Origin: Leucoraja erinacea
Lineage: Eukaryota
Direction: 5' to 3'
Length of the DNA stretch: 63,883 nucleotides
Assembly: GCF_028641065.1 (NCBI RefSeq)
Contig: NC_073410.1
Coordinates: forward strand, 496,001-559,883
Part shown: piece by piece, positions 13,501 to 26,200 of the stretch
Layout: every line of letters starts with the position of its first letter
Position numbering within the stretch: position 1 is the first letter of the stretch
Made by a program: the position numbers and the translations under genes
Notes under the pieces: model-generated
The model's input: the letters and a program-made list of their open reading frames with translations, nothing else
What the model was told of the DNA's origin: nothing
Databases searched by the model: none

Positions 13501-14531
13501 GCCTGACCCGCTGAATTACTCCAGCACTTTGTGTCCGTCTCTGGTATAAAAACCACCACGTGGAGGCGTCCAGTTCGTAAAATGGTGCTTAGACCATTGA
13601 ATGCGTGACGCTTCACAACGGGGAACATTGTGCTGTGTGTTCATGTTCTGTGTTGTATGTTCCATGTTGTATGCTCCATGATGTATGCTCCATGTTGTAT
13701 GTTCCATGTTGTATGTTCCATGTTGTATGCTCCATGTTGTATGTTCCATGTTGTATGCTTCATGTTGTATGTTCCATGTTGTATGTTCCATGTTGTATGC
13801 TCCATGTTGTATGTTCCATGTTGTATGCTTCATGTTGTATGCTCCATGTTGTATGTTCCATGTTGTATGCTTCATGTTGTATGTTCCATGTTGTATGCTC
13901 CATGATGTATGCTCCATGTTGTATGCTCCATGTTGTATGTTCTAAACATAGAAACATAGACAATAGGTGCAGGAGTAGGCCATTCGGCCCCGCACCGCCA
14001 TTCAATATGATCATGGCTGATCATCCAACTCAGTATCCTGTACCTGCCCTCTCGTCATACCCCCTGATCCCTTTAGCCACAAAGGCCACATCTAACTCCC
14101 TCTTAAATATAGCCAATGAACTGGCCTCAACTACCCTCTGTGGCAGAGAGTTCCAGAGATTCACCACTGTCTGTGTGAAAAAAGTTTTCCTCATCTCGGT
14201 CCTAAAAGATTTCTCCCTTATCCTTAAACTGTGACCCCTTGTTCTGGACTTCCCCAACATCGGGAACAATCTTCCTGCATCTAGCCTGTCCAACCCCTTA
14301 AGAATTTTGTAAGTTTCTATAAGATCCCCCCTCAATCTTCTAAAAACTGCTTTATGTGCTATGTATGTCCTGTTCAATGTTCAGTTCTATGTCTCACCAT
14401 CAAGTGACCTCTGGAACTCTCTCCCACCCCTCCTCCAGCGAGGTGAGACCCAAACCCGTCTCGCCCAGTTGCCCCCCCCCCCCCCCCCCGTGTCCAGCCT
14501 ACACTTGCTCACGTTCACGTCTCCAGCTCCA

Positions 14532-14618
<87 letters not shown>

Positions 14619-15215
14619 ACACTGCCCACTGCCCCTCCCCAGGTGTGGGTTGCGGAACTTGTTCCCACCTGTGACTGTGGCCGCTTCTCCATCCTCGGGG
14701 AAGAGTCGACCAGAAGCGGCTTCACGATGTCATGGCGCTCGACTCCAGGCAGCTGGGAGTAGCTTGAACACGCGGCTGTGGGGAGAGGGAGTCGGGGTTA
14801 GGAATCGCCACCCCCTTTGTTTCAGCGATGGTCAACCCGGCTAGAGAGACATCGATTCCCAGCCTCGCGAGTGACCGGTGACTCGAGTCTGACGCCTGGA
14901 GCAGCGGCGCTGGATTGTAAACTCTGACAGTTAACGCGTGGACCCAGAGTTCAGCCGCTGCTCGTCTCACTCAGCGCAAAGTTAATCTTTGAGTACATAC
15001 ATCAAACTATGGGGTGTCGGGTCGCAGGGAACGGAGCGGGCAACCCGAGTGGGACACGAATAGTTTATACATTTCCAACAACATGATCATTGCTATGGGT
15101 GTTTTAGATGTAAAACAACCCGGGGTGGTAAAAGTTGTCGTGGAGTTCCCAGTGATGACTTACCCAGGGCGAGGCAAGCTAGCAGTAAGGTGACGGTGCC
15201 GGGAGCCGAGCGCAT
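264..15215 (-). CDS. ADAM8: ADAM8 disintegrin and metalloproteinase, 5' part (signal peptide, prodomain, metalloprotease, start of disintegrin); gene continues beyond the left edge
   Basis: Exons 15164-15215, 14669-14775, 12097-12173, 9591-9669, 9432-9508, 6805-7024, 6509-6574, 5441-5512, 4176-4345, 3722-3803, 1984-2136, <=1549-1717, 264-353. It has the zinc motif [12 protein letters not shown], Met-turn CIM and [25 protein letters not shown] resembles human ADAM8 GPRTAAVFRP, and the gene lies next to TUBGCP2 as in mammals. Confidence 0.9.
764..1548. other. Assembly gap
   Basis: N run. Confidence 1.
1549..1717 (-). CDS. ADAM8: ADAM8 exon 12 ([11 protein letters not shown]...[15 protein letters not shown]), truncated by gap
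   Basis: FSSCS and EECDCG motifs; the 3' end falls in the N gap. Confidence 0.9.
1984..2136 (-). CDS. ADAM8: ADAM8 exon 11, catalytic zinc-binding exon
   Basis: [26 protein letters not shown]...GGCIMA. Confidence 0.95.
2910..3085. repeat. 66-bp tandem repeat, about 2.6 copies
   Basis: agagtgctggagtaactcagcgggtcaggcagcatctgtggagaacatggataggtgacgtttcac. Confidence 0.85.
3413..3694. repeat. 35-bp minisatellite, about 8 copies
   Basis: ggatctgtggggctgctgggagaggaggtggacct. Confidence 0.95.
3722..3803 (-). CDS. ADAM8: ADAM8 exon 10 ([27 protein letters not shown])
   Basis: GTTVGLA...MC...SGGVN motif, 82 nt. Confidence 0.93.
4176..4345 (-). CDS. ADAM8: ADAM8 exon 9 ([17 protein letters not shown]...HDNAQLVT)
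   Basis: LVGLEVW and HDNAQL motifs, 170 nt. Confidence 0.93.
4828..5269. repeat. 17-bp minisatellite, about 26 copies
   Basis: gggggactggtcaagca. Confidence 0.95.
5441..5512 (-). CDS. ADAM8: ADAM8 exon 8 ([24 protein letters not shown])
   Basis: EIVNHVDK motif, 72 nt, phase 0/0. Confidence 0.92.
5750..6025 (-). mobile_element. tRNA-head SINE
   Basis: A box GGTGGCGCAGCGG and B box GTTCGATCC on the - strand, followed by the shared SINE body. Confidence 0.8.
6509..6574 (-). CDS. ADAM8: ADAM8 exon 7 ([22 protein letters not shown])
   Basis: [10 protein letters not shown] marks the start of the reprolysin domain. Confidence 0.92.
6608..6779. other. Assembly gap
   Basis: N run. Confidence 1.
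6805..7024 (-). CDS. ADAM8: ADAM8 exon 6 ([15 protein letters not shown]...cysteine-switch region)
   Basis: YLMEPL and HAVYR motifs, AG/GTAAT boundaries. Confidence 0.88.
7044..7871 (-). mobile_element. CR1-clade LINE 3' fragment (young copy)
   Basis: ORF2 C-terminus [19 protein letters not shown]...[13 protein letters not shown]...TRGHSL; (TTTCTATG)n tail. Confidence 0.9.
9432..9508 (-). CDS. ADAM8: ADAM8 exon 5 ([11 protein letters not shown]...STCNGIR)
   Basis: Classic HCYYHG prodomain motif, 77 nt. Confidence 0.92.
9591..9669 (-). CDS. ADAM8: ADAM8 exon 4 ([19 protein letters not shown]...)
   Basis: ADAM prodomain motif, 79 nt, splice sites present. Confidence 0.9.
9780..10410 (+). mobile_element. 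Penelope-like retroelement remnant: GIY-YIG endonuclease C-terminus, inverted terminal segment and hammerhead core
   Basis: ORF ...[40 protein letters not shown]...VAQHFN...[19 protein letters not shown]. 9795-9888 is the reverse complement of ~10166-10257. CTGAAGA...GAAAACGTT at 10320-10347. Confidence 0.88.
12097..12173 (-). CDS. ADAM8: ADAM8 exon 3 ([25 protein letters not shown])
   Basis: Prodomain LHLEKN motif, AG/GTAAG boundaries, 77 nt. Confidence 0.9.
13650..13942. repeat. 14-bp minisatellite, about 21 copies
   Basis: tgttgtatgttcca variants, abutting the CR1 tail. Confidence 0.95.
13944..14343 (-). mobile_element. CR1-clade LINE 3' fragment, near-identical to 7044-7871
   Basis: [39 protein letters not shown]; same tail. 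Confidence 0.9.
14533..14617. repeat. (CA)n microsatellite
   Basis: Direct reading. Confidence 0.95.
14669..14775 (-). CDS. ADAM8: ADAM8 exon 2 ([21 protein letters not shown]...)
   Basis: cccacag acceptor, GTGGG donor, frame continuous with exons 1 and 3. Confidence 0.8.
15164..15215 (-). CDS. ADAM8: ADAM8 exon 1 (signal peptide [17 protein letters not shown])
   Basis: GCCACGATG Kozak context, hydrophobic leader, phase-1 GTAAG donor. Confidence 0.85.
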
Positions 15216-15400
15216 CGTGGCGGCGAGGAGAGGAGAGGAGAGGAGAGGGTGTCCTGTCCCGTCCCGTCCCGGGCCACCGCCGCCGCCGCCGCCGCTCCTC
15301 CACCAACCCCGCCCGCTGGGGGCCGGCCGGCCGGTGGTGACACTCTCCAATCAGCGGCGAGGGAGGGCGAGTCCGGGAGCGGACACCAGCCAAGTTTCAC
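15216..15400 (-). promoter_or_regulatory. ADAM8 5' UTR/promoter CpG island with (GGC)n, GC box and CCAAT
   Basis: GC-rich; CCCCGCCC ~15307, CCAAT 15347-15351, (GCC)n ~15274-15295. Confidence 0.55.
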
Positions 15401-15934
15401 CTGCAGGAACTGTAGATGCTGGTTAATACACAAAAGGACAAAGCATCGCAACAGAAGGCTGTGGACACCAAATCAATTGGTAATTTAAAGGCAGAGATAG
15501 ATCGATTCTTGCTACGGCTGCCAGGGGTTATGGGGAAAAGGCAGGAAGTCCAAGTTCAAGTGAGTTTATTGTCATGTGTCCCTGTATAGGACAATGAAAT
15601 CCTTGCTTTGCTTCAGCACACAGAACATAGTAGGCATTTACTACAAAACAGATCAGTGTGTCCATATACCATTATATAAATATATACACACATGAATAAA
15701 TAAACTGATAAAGTGCAAATAACAGATAATTGGTTATTAATAATCAAAGTTTTGTCCGAGCCAGGTTTAATAGCCTGATGGCTGTGGGGAAGTAGCTATT
15801 CCTGAACCTGGTTGTTGCAGTCTTCAGGAGAATGGGATTGAGAGGGAAAGATAGATAACCATGATTGAATGGTGGTACTCACTTGATGGGCCCAATGGCC
15901 TAATTCTGCTCATATAACATAATCTAACAGCAGT

Positions 15935-16330
15935 GTAAGAAGGAACTACAGGTGCTGGTTTAAACCGAAGGTAGACACAAAATGTTGGAGTAACTCAGCA
16001 GGACAGGCAGCATCTGTGGAGAGAAGGAATGGTTGACGTTTCGGGTGGAGACCCTTCTTCAGACAGGTTCGGGAGGGATACGAGAAACTAGAGATACAGA
16101 CGGTGGTGTGGAGAGATAAAGAACAATGAACGAAAGATATGCAACAAAATAACGATGATAAAGGAACCTAGTAGGTCAGGCAGCAACTCTGGAGAGCACA
16201 GGCAGGTCCTACTGAAGAATGGCCCTGACCCTAAACATCACCTATTCATGTTCTCCAGAGATGTTACTTGACCTGCTGAGTTACTCCAGCACTCTGTGTC
16301 TTGTTTTGTAAACCAGCACCTGCAGTCCCT
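15935..16330. mobile_element. Penelope-derived terminal repeats, opposite orientations
   Basis: Same 'ggagtaactcagcgg...gcagcatct' family; intact hammerhead core at 16035-16062 (-). Confidence 0.65.
16035..16062 (-). ncRNA. Putative minimal type I hammerhead ribozyme core (representative copy)
   Basis: CUGAAGA-AGGGU CUCC ACCC-GAAAC GUC. Confidence 0.6.
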
Positions 16331-16364
16331 CATGTCTCTGTTCCTTCAGTTATCTAGTCACACC

Positions 16365-16912
16365 GGTGACTTGTGGTGGGCCTCAGGGCCCGTTACCATT
16401 TCTCATCCATATCAATGATTTGGATGAGAACATACAGGGCAATGATGATACAAAAGTGGGTGGTTTTGCAGAAAGTGAAGATGATTGTGAACATTTGCAG
16501 CAGGATTTTGATCGATTGCCATGGTGGGCTGAGGAATGGTTGATGGAATTTAATACAGGGAACTGTGAGGTGTTGAATTTTGGGAAGTCTAACATGGGCA
16601 GGACCTACACCTACCAATGATGGGGCTCTGGGAAGTGCTGAAGAGCACAGGAATCTAGGAGTGCAGGTGCATGGTTCCTTGAATGTCGAGTCGCAGGTAG
16701 GCAAGGTGGTCAACAAGGCCTCAGGCTTTTTGGCCTTCATCAGCCAGAGTATTGAGTCTAGAATTCGGGAGGCCACGTTGCAGTTGTACAAGACGTTGGT
16801 GAGGCCCCATTTAGAATATTGTGTTCAGCTCAGATGCCAAGCTGGAAAGGGGACAGAGAAGATGTTGCCAGGGCTTGAGGGTCTGAGCTACAGGGAGAGG
16901 TTGAGTAGGCTG
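16365..16912 (+). mobile_element. Degenerate CR1 LINE RT fragment
   Basis: [47 protein letters not shown]. Confidence 0.85.
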
Positions 16913-17589
16913 GAAGCATTTAATTGTTTGGGTTGTCCAGTGGCACTGGTCATAAACAGTAGCCATGGTTGTGTAAAGGGTTGGTTAGGTTGGGTGGTGA
17001 GAGGGAAGGACCCTGGACCAACGTGGACTCTGGATTTACATTGAATTTGTCACAGGGGGTCTGGATCAAGTTCAAGTGTCCCTGTATAGGACAATGTGTC
17101 ATGTGTCCCTGTATAGGACAATGATCGGGGATGTCTACAGTCCTCAGTGGGAAGATGGGGCAATTCCACATTAGTTCAATTCTTGCTCAATCCAAACTGG
17201 TCCTTCAGGTAAATGCAATTCATATCATTGATATTCAATTAGCCTGTATAGTCCTTTGAAAGACAACCAACATTCCATACACTTCCTCACACTCATTGCT
17301 TTAGTGTACAGTATTTAGTCTGGAGACTGGCTTCAATTATCCCACTGCTACCACAGAACGTGCAGTTGACAATAAACTTGACGAATGTTTTAGAAGGAAC
17401 TGTCTGAAGAAGGGTTTCGGCCCAAAACGTTGCCTATTTCCTTCCCTCCATAAGTGCTGCCTCACCCGCTGAGTTTCTCCAGCATTTTTGTCTAACTTGA
17501 CTTGAATGCTGTGCTAACTCATTGGGTGGAGGACACTGCCACCATGTGGAGGAACAAGTAGTTGCAGTTGTAGTTCAAGTGCATAAATC

Positions 17590-18900
17590 ACAGGAGCAGA
17601 TTTAGACCATTGAACCATCCAGTCTACTCCACCATTCAATCATGGCTGATTCATCTTTCCCCCTCTACTACATTCTCCTGCCTTCTCCCTATAATCCCAC
17701 ACCTTTACTAATCAAGAACCTGTCAATCTCCACTTTAAAAAATACCTAATGACTTGGTCTCCAGAGGCAATGAATTCCACAGATTCACCACCCTTCTAAT
17801 CTTTCTAAAGGTACGTCCTTTTATTCTGAGCCTGCGCCCTCTGGTACTTGACCCTCCCATGACTGGAAACATCTTCTCCACAACCACTCTATCCAAGCCT
17901 TTCACTATTCGTTAAGTTTCAATGAGGTCCCCCTCTTCCTTCTAAACTCCAGCGAGTACAGACCCAGAGCCGTCAAGCACCTATCATATGTTAACCTAAT
18001 CATCCCTGGGATCATTCTCGTACCCTCTCCAACGCCAGCACATCCCCCTTCAGATGTTGGGTCCAAAACTGCTCACAATACTCCAAATGCAGTCTGCCCA
18101 GTGCATTATAAAGCCTCAGCATTACATCCCTGTTTTTTTAAATAATGTAGTCCTCTTGAAATAAATGCTAGCATTGTATTTGTCTTCCTTACTAGCGATT
18201 CAACTTGCGATTAACCTTTTGGGAAGCTTGCGCCGTCACTCCCAAGTCCCTGTGCACGTCAATTTTCTGAATTTATTCCCATTTAGAAAATAGTCTACGC
18301 CTTTATTCCTACTCCCAAAATGCATGACTCCACACTTTGCTATGCTGTATTCCATCTGCCATTCTCTATTCACTCTCCCAACCTGTCCAAATCCATCTGA
18401 AGAGTCCCTTCTTTCTCTGCACTACCTGCCCCTCCACCTATCTTCATATCATCTGCAAACTTGGCCACAAAGCATTCAATTCCCTCATCCAAATCGTTGT
18501 TATACACAACGTGAAGAGTAGCGGCCCCTGCAGAACACCACTAGCCACTGGCAGCCAACCCTTTATTCCCACTCTTTGCCTTCTGCCACCCAGCCAACCT
18601 TCAATCCATGCTAGTATCTTCCCTCTGATACCAGGGCACTCATCTTCTTTATCAGCCTCACGTGTGGCATCTTATCAAAGGCCGCCTGAAAATCCAGGTA
18701 AACAACATCCACTTTGTCTGTCCTGCTATTTACTTCCTCAAAGAATGCCAACAGATTTGTCAGGCAAAATATCCCTTTCACAAACCCATGCTGACTGGTC
18801 TATTTTATCCTGTGCTTCTAAGTACTCAGTAACCTCATCCTTAATAAAGGACTCTAAAATCTTACCAACCATTGGAATCAGGATAACCGGCCTATAGTTT
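17590..18900 (-). mobile_element. Old CR1 LINE fragment (boundaries approximate)
   Basis: Degenerate ORF2 3' sequence and CR1-type 3' end. Confidence 0.7.
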
Positions 18901-19398
18901 CCCCCACTGCCTTGCTCCTTTCTTGATTTAGAATTTTCCAGTCCTCCAGGACAATTATTGCCTCTAGTGATTCATGAAAGATCACCACTAATGCCTCTTT
19001 CAGGGGTGCAGTCCATCTGTTCCAAGTGACTTATCCACCTTCAAACCTTTCAGCTTCCCAAGTTCTTTCTCCTCAGTAATAGCAACTCCACTAACTTCTG
19101 CTCCCTGAAGTTGCAATTTCAGGCACGTTGCTGGTGTCTTCCCTTGTGAAGACTGACGCACAGCGTCTTTAGCTTGCAGTAACCAAATAAACCGTCATCT
19201 ATTAAAACAATAGTTTGAAACTCCTGACAGAGAAACCTCTTGTTCTCGCCCTCCTTTCCCCATTGACTTCATTGTTTTTGTAATGCTATTTTCTATAGCA
19301 TGAAGTTTTGTGACATGGTAGAACAACCTATACATCAATGATGAAAACCCTCCAATCAAAGTTTGCATCTGGCTTAGTACAAGTATGCAAAAGTTTGC

Positions 19399-19510
19399 TT
19401 TATTTAATTAGTTTCTGATAAGGAGACAGGACATTTACAGCAGAAACAATGGGTAAAAGAAAAAGACACAAAGCTACAGTTTAGGTGCATTTCATACTGA
19501 AATATTTATT
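19399..19510 (-). terminator. Candidate TUBGCP2 polyadenylation signals (AATAAA at 19505-19510 and 19399-19404)
   Basis: Two AATAAA hexamers on the - strand, 0.65-0.77 kb past the stop, in AT-rich UTR-like sequence. Confidence 0.55.
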
Positions 19511-20165
19511 ACACATTTGTTAGTCAGATTATACTTCAGATAATAAAAAACTGTGCAATGTTCAGATAAAGTGAAATGATTGAAGGCACTATGACTTTAA
19601 AATAAAAAAAAATTGAAAATATTCCATTTCAGCTTTTGGAAATAAAACCTACCATCATTTACACCTTCCTACAATACAACATAACACTGCTATAAACTTC
19701 ACAACATGACCCTCACCCTGCCTGCCTCTTGGTGCCAACATACAGACACCACCTAGTGATCTAGGACTTCTCACAATGAAGGACGAGACAATTCTCTGCC
19801 CCCTTCCTTCAGTCTCCTACTTTCCCGATGCTCACAGTGAGAACAGGAAGACATTCCAGAAAAAGGTAAGCAGGAAGGGATGGATTATCTGGGATGTAAA
19901 CATTTCCCAGGTGCTGGAATTCCTATCAACCTCTGATCATTTCACAGACTGTACATAAAAATAACTCCATCTTATTCTCTTCAGAGCTAGCTGCAAACCG
20001 ACATGGTATTAACAAATGAATCTTATTCACAACAGCTTGAAATAATCTAATTACATATTTGAACCTTATTTAGAGTGTGGCTATTTGTACTAGGCTTGGT
20101 ATTACACATTATTCCTTGCCGTATTGGTGAATGGGATGGGAGATTTACAAGCCGTTGCCAACATT

Positions 20166-20277
20166 TCACTGTGCAGGTAACGGTGTTCTTGCTACAGCTC
20201 CTGGCTGCACCGGCACTTTGCTTCTTTCCGCTGACATGCGTTCCAGACGCTCAGTGTAGAATCCATTAAAATCTAAC
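20166..20277 (-). CDS. TUBGCP2: TUBGCP2 last coding exon
   Basis: LDFNGFYTERLERMSAERS...TGA. Confidence 0.95.
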
Positions 20278-23200
20278 CTGCAATGGAACAAGACAAAAAC
20301 CGTTAAAATAGCCAGAGTTCTATAGCAGGGAAGCAGACCGCTCAGTCTAACTCTCCCACGCCATCCAGGATCTCCACTTGAACTTGTCCTATTTGCCTGT
20401 GTTTGGCTCATATCTCTCACAACTATTCTATCTATGTACCTGTCCAAATACCTGACATGCCTTTTAAACATTCTAATTGTACCTGCCTCACCTGCCTTCA
20501 AAAACGCTGCTCACAATAAATCTTTCCCCTCTCACCTTAAACCTATGTCCTCTAGTTTTAGACTCCCTTACTCTGGGAAAGAATAACAATCCATGTTATC
20601 CATGCCCATCAGGATTTTATATACAGTACAGCTATATGGTCATCCCATAGACTCCAATGCTCCATGGAAGACAGGCCCAGCCTCTCTCTCTGTGGAACTC
20701 AAGCCTTCCAGACCCAGTAACATCCTTGTGCGTCTCTTCTGCAAAACCTTCCAGTTTAACATCATTCTGTTGACTTGGTGACCAGATTACATTATCTAAT
20801 GATTTTAATTAAAAGATTGTCACAACCCAGCTAACGTGGAGGACAATGCTCTTCAAACTGCCTGACATTGAATGGCATGTGCTGATGACAACTTGGGCCA
20901 GTAGAGGCTGTGTTACACAAAGTCCAAGTGGCAAATGCAGAGACAGCAGTGTATTCACTTTCAACGCTGCCAGCAGGTGGAACAGTGAGCTTGGGCAGAC
21001 CATCCATCACACACGTGGGGAACACATTGGTGGGCTGGAACTACACAGCCTTTACTCTGCATAAATCATAAATAAGATACCTGTGGGGCATAGAATGCCT
21101 TTGTCAATCTGCACGGCATCTCCCACATGGAGCAATGCGACAACATTGGCTCTTACTATTGTTGATTGAGGCATAAATCTTGGCCTGGGCATTGGATATT
21201 AATTGCATTTCTTTAACAAATAGTACCAGGGGATGCTTTCAGCAACCTGAGTGTGCAGACAGCTAACATACAATATATTCATCACTACTGTGTTGCAGTA
21301 ATGCCCAGATGTTTCTGTTCCTGCCCCAGGAAAGCATGAATAGACACTCCCCTGAGTGTGACGTGGAGATACTAAGTGCTGGATACACGGAGAGAATTGC
21401 TGCCTACACCTTACACCATTCATTAATATTAATGAGAGAAATTACTAAAGGAGAGCGGACTTAAAACACTTATGCAGAGTGTGGTAGAAGGATGAATTTT
21501 CTGCAAACATTTAAAGGTTAAATCATTACTGCAAGTTACTGTAAAACCGAATGGAGAATGTGCAGTGAAGTGGGAGTGGACTCCTGGAACAACTGCAAGA
21601 AGCATCTGGCAGAATAAACCAACTTGATTCCGTTAACTCTGAACTATGATCTTCATAAAAACTAACTGATTATAGATTTATTCAAAAACAAAACAGAATG
21701 GGGAGATCAAATGGCCCCGTGTTAAACCCACGATACACCTATTCTTTCATGGGCAGAATAATTAAACCAATGTAACTTCAGCACCAGCAGCGATAGCCTT
21801 GGTCAGATACGTGGCAGCTGAAGGCAGCATGTACCAGAGCCTCACCAGCAGCAATAGCCTTGGTCAGATACTTGGCAGCTGAAGGCAGCATGTACCAGCA
21901 CCTCACCTGTATATAATGTTGATCATACTGTGCTCGCAGTCATTCGTACTTGAAACGCTCAATCTGTCCAGCAGATCAAGTAGATTGGTAGAGAAGTTGT
22001 TGTCAAAGGTGTTGATGGTTCCCTCAAACCCAGATGCTGAATGCAGTGCCTCGATATGCTCTGCTGCAAACTGAGAACAAGCCGCCATTAGAACACTAGA
22101 CCCTGCACCCCACACACAGACCAGCAGGACCAGAGGCTACTGGCCTTCTAATCTGGCCACAAACAGAATGACTGAACACAACTCAGGGAAACCATGGAAT
22201 CACATGCTGTAGAATGTTCTAGATACCAAGGCCCACTGTCAGCATCAAGTGCTCCCAGTTACAAATCAACCTCTGTATTCCCCTGGTCTTCAAGGAGTAC
22301 ATTCTGTTAACATTCTCATTTCCCACAACAGCCGCCCAGTTATATGGTCAATGGATAAAACAACTGTTTTCTGTAGGTGTGTACTGATTAACACAAAGGG
22401 CTGTTATTACAAAATGATATTTACAAAGAACCACTTCATTCTATTGGGATGTATTTAAATTGCCAATACCAAGGACAAAGAGATTGTGTTCTTTTATAAC
22501 AACTGTAATACGTCATTCCATTTTAATTGGTTACTGCATTTTCAATACAAAATATCTGTGGCAGAATGTTCACAGACAGGAACATTACCACACACACACA
22601 TACACACACACACACAGGCAGGAAAGTTACCACACACACACAGCAGGAACGTTAACACACACACACAGGCAGGAAAGTTACCACACACACACACACACAC
22701 ACAGAGGCAGGAACGTTACCAACACACACACAGGCAGCAATGTTTACCAACACACACACAGGCAGGAACGTTACCACACACACACACAGCAGGAACGTTA
22801 CCACACACACACAGCAGGAACGTTACCAACACACACACACACACACACACAGGCAGGAACGTTACCAACACACACACACACACACACAGAGGCAGGAACG
22901 TTACCACACACACAGCAGGAACGCTACCAACACACAAACACACACATACACAGCAGGAACGTTACCACACACACACACACACACACAGCAGGAACGTTAC
23001 CAACACACACACAGACAGGAACGTTACCAACCCACACACACAGGCAGGAACGTTACCAACACAGACACACACAGCAGGAACGTTACCACACACACACACA
23101 CAGGGGGTCTTTCACCTTTTTGGTCAGTCGTTTCTTTTCGACCTCCTCGGACCGCTCGGACTGAGTGGGCGGCCCCTTCATTGTGCCGTGTTCCAGGGTC

Positions 23201-26200
23201 AGGCGCATCATCTCACTGTCAATCTTGATGCTCTGAGTAAACTTCTGAGAATAGAACATGGAGGTATGAAGGTAGAGGACAGTACACAACTAGAGAGCAG
23301 TCCTGAACCACTCTCTACCTCAGTGGTGACCCTCCCACATTTGATTGGACTTTGCTGGCTTTACCTTGCACTAAATGTTATTCCTTTATCATGTATCTGT
23401 ACACTGTGAACGGCTCGATTGGCAACAAAAGCTTTTCACTGTATCTTGGTACACGTGACAATAAACTAAACGGCAGTACAAGAACAGGCCAATTAGCTCA
23501 TAATGTCCATGCCCAACTTGACGCCAAGAATACCTCTTACCTGCCTGCACATAACGCATATCCCTCCATTCCCTGCATATTCATATGTCTGTCCAACAGT
23601 GTCTCCAATACCCCTATTGTATCTGCCTCAGCCACCAACCCCTGCAGTATGTTCCAGGCACCAACTGCTCTTTGTGCAAAAACATGGCCCCGCACATCTC
23701 CTTTAAACTTTGCCTCATTCGCCTTAAACAGATGCCCTCTAGTATTTGATTTTTCCATACTTGGAAAAAAGTTGTGACTGTCTACCCTATCTATGCCTCT
23801 CATAATTTGATACATATCCATCAGGTCTTCCTGCAACCTCTGATGCTCCAGAGAAAACAATCTAAGTCTGCCCAACCTCTCCCTGTTTCTAATCCAGGCA
23901 TCATTCTGGTAAACCTCCTCTACGACCTTTCCAAAGCATCCACATTCTTTCTGCAATGAGGCATGCAATACTCAAATGTGGCCGAGCAAAAGGCCTATAA
24001 AGCTGACTCTTATACTCAATGCCCTGACCTATTAAAGCAAGCATGTCATATGCCTTACCTACCACTATCTACTTGCGTTGCCACTTTCAGGGAGTTATGG
24101 ACTTAGACATCCCTCTGTACATCAATGCTCTGAAGGGTCATGCTATTAATTGTATATTTTCCCATTACATGGGACCTCCCAAGTGCAACACCTTACACTT
24201 ACTCAGATTAAACTCCATCTGCCATTGTTTTGCATATTTCTACAGCTGATTTATGCCTTACTGTATACTTTGACAGCCTTCCTCCAGCAATCTTGGTGTC
24301 ATCTGCAGAAGTCCCAGCACAGAATGCTATGGAACTCCATTGTTCAGACGTACAGCCTGAATATTGTCCCTCCACCACAACCCTCTGTCAGTAAGCCTGT
24401 TCTGAATGCATATGAATAAATCACTGTTAATCCCGTGCATCTTAATCTTAAACTCAAGTCTGATGAAGGGTCTCAAGTCTGAAGAAGGGTCTCAACCCGA
24501 AACTGCACCCATTCCTTTTCTCCAGGGATGCTTCCTGATCCGCTGAGTTACTCCAGTATTTTGTCACAAATATAGACACTTAAATGACTAGGATTATGTA
24601 CAATAGAATAGACATTGGCTCACCTGCATACAGTTGGTAAACATGACACACACCGACATCAGCTTTGAAAAGATCTTCAGCAGCACTGTATTAGTTAACA
24701 TGCAGTCCTTCATACAGTTGTCCAGGAAACTAGTATGATAGCTCAAAACTTCATCAATGTTAGATGCCTAACAAAATACAAATGGCATCAATTATGAAGC
24801 AGCATGTTTGCCTCAAATGTCTGTGCGTATAAAGTTTTAGTTAAGTACGATGTGTCTACATTATGATCGTTGAGGACTAAAACATCTCTAATGAGTGAAT
24901 TCCTCAACTGCAACCATAATGTAACTGTAACCGAAGCGCTTCCATTCTTCACACTATCCAAAGTAACACAAGAATACAAGCTATAAAATATTGACTTCAA
25001 TTTGACTCCATATTTACCCAATACCAGTAATGACCTACTGATCTACTGACAAGAGCTTTGAATGCATTCCACAGTCAAGCATCCACAGCCCTTTGTGAAA
25101 GACAACTCCAGAGATTCAGTGTTCTGCTTAAAGCAATTTTTCTTCCAAATGTCCGACTTTTATTCGGTACAATAGACCATGCTCGCCAACACTAGATGCT
25201 CCAGACATAGGAAACCGCTTCTCAACAATGATGCTACCATATCCTCATGAGTCTCAAAGCAAATCACCTCATACTTCAGCCCCAATCACTCTTCTCAACG
25301 TATACGTATACCCGCCCTTAGATTTGAAATATAAAACTACAAACACATGCTGCTTATCTTTTTAAACAAATAGATAAAATGATAAGAGTTAAAACAAATG
25401 TAACAACAAAAATCTCTGCATTCAGTGAAAAAATTCAAGATAAATGTTTACACAAATACTTCCATATGTATCAAGAGAATGCACACTGTAACCATTATTA
25501 GGGAATAACTATGAACTCTTGCATTTAAATGTTTTAATAACTACCATATTACATTTCAGAACTATGACTAGCATACATTTTGATTTCATTATCTGTCTCT
25601 ACAGTAATGTCTTCCACATTTGAGTTATGATTAGTTTAGTTTAGAGATACAGTAGGAAAGGAAACAATACAAAACATATTCAGAGTATTCATTAGTTCAA
25701 ATGCTTTCAATAACCGTTCATTTATATTTGCTAATGTAATTTAGCTCATGATTATAACTGGAAAAAATGCCAAAGTAATCTCTTCCACATTGAAGAAGTT
25801 AGCAGTCCCACAGCATCAAGAGGAGTGCAGCAGACATTAAGTCAACTTGTCATACTTTATATTGGAATAGTTGGAACAAAGTACTTGGCAAGAGGGAAGT
25901 TTCCAAAATAAATGTCAGCTAATTTCTCTCTGACTCTCTGGGACCTGCTTGGATGGGACATCTAGTCTAGCATAGATGTGTGAGGCCGAAGGGACCATCT
26001 CCACGCTGCATGACTCTATGACTACAATTTAAAGTTGTTTATTGCTTACCGATTTCAAATTATTTTCCATGATGTGCCAGTTGGGTTCCATAACCTCAAA
26101 CATCATATAATACTGAATGTTCTGCACAAAATTCAGCATTCGCTGTCTCAAGGTGAAAGCAGCAGCAAACCTAAAAATATAAAATTATTGTTACAGTGAG

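Noticed and set aside
13516-14234. MEHTTW / HVVCSMLY repeat ORFs
   Set aside because: 14-bp minisatellite plus antisense CR1 sequence
22575-23103. CRISPR-like repeat/spacer appearance
   Set aside because: The spacers are only (CA)n of variable length, the setting is a vertebrate intron, and there are no cas genes
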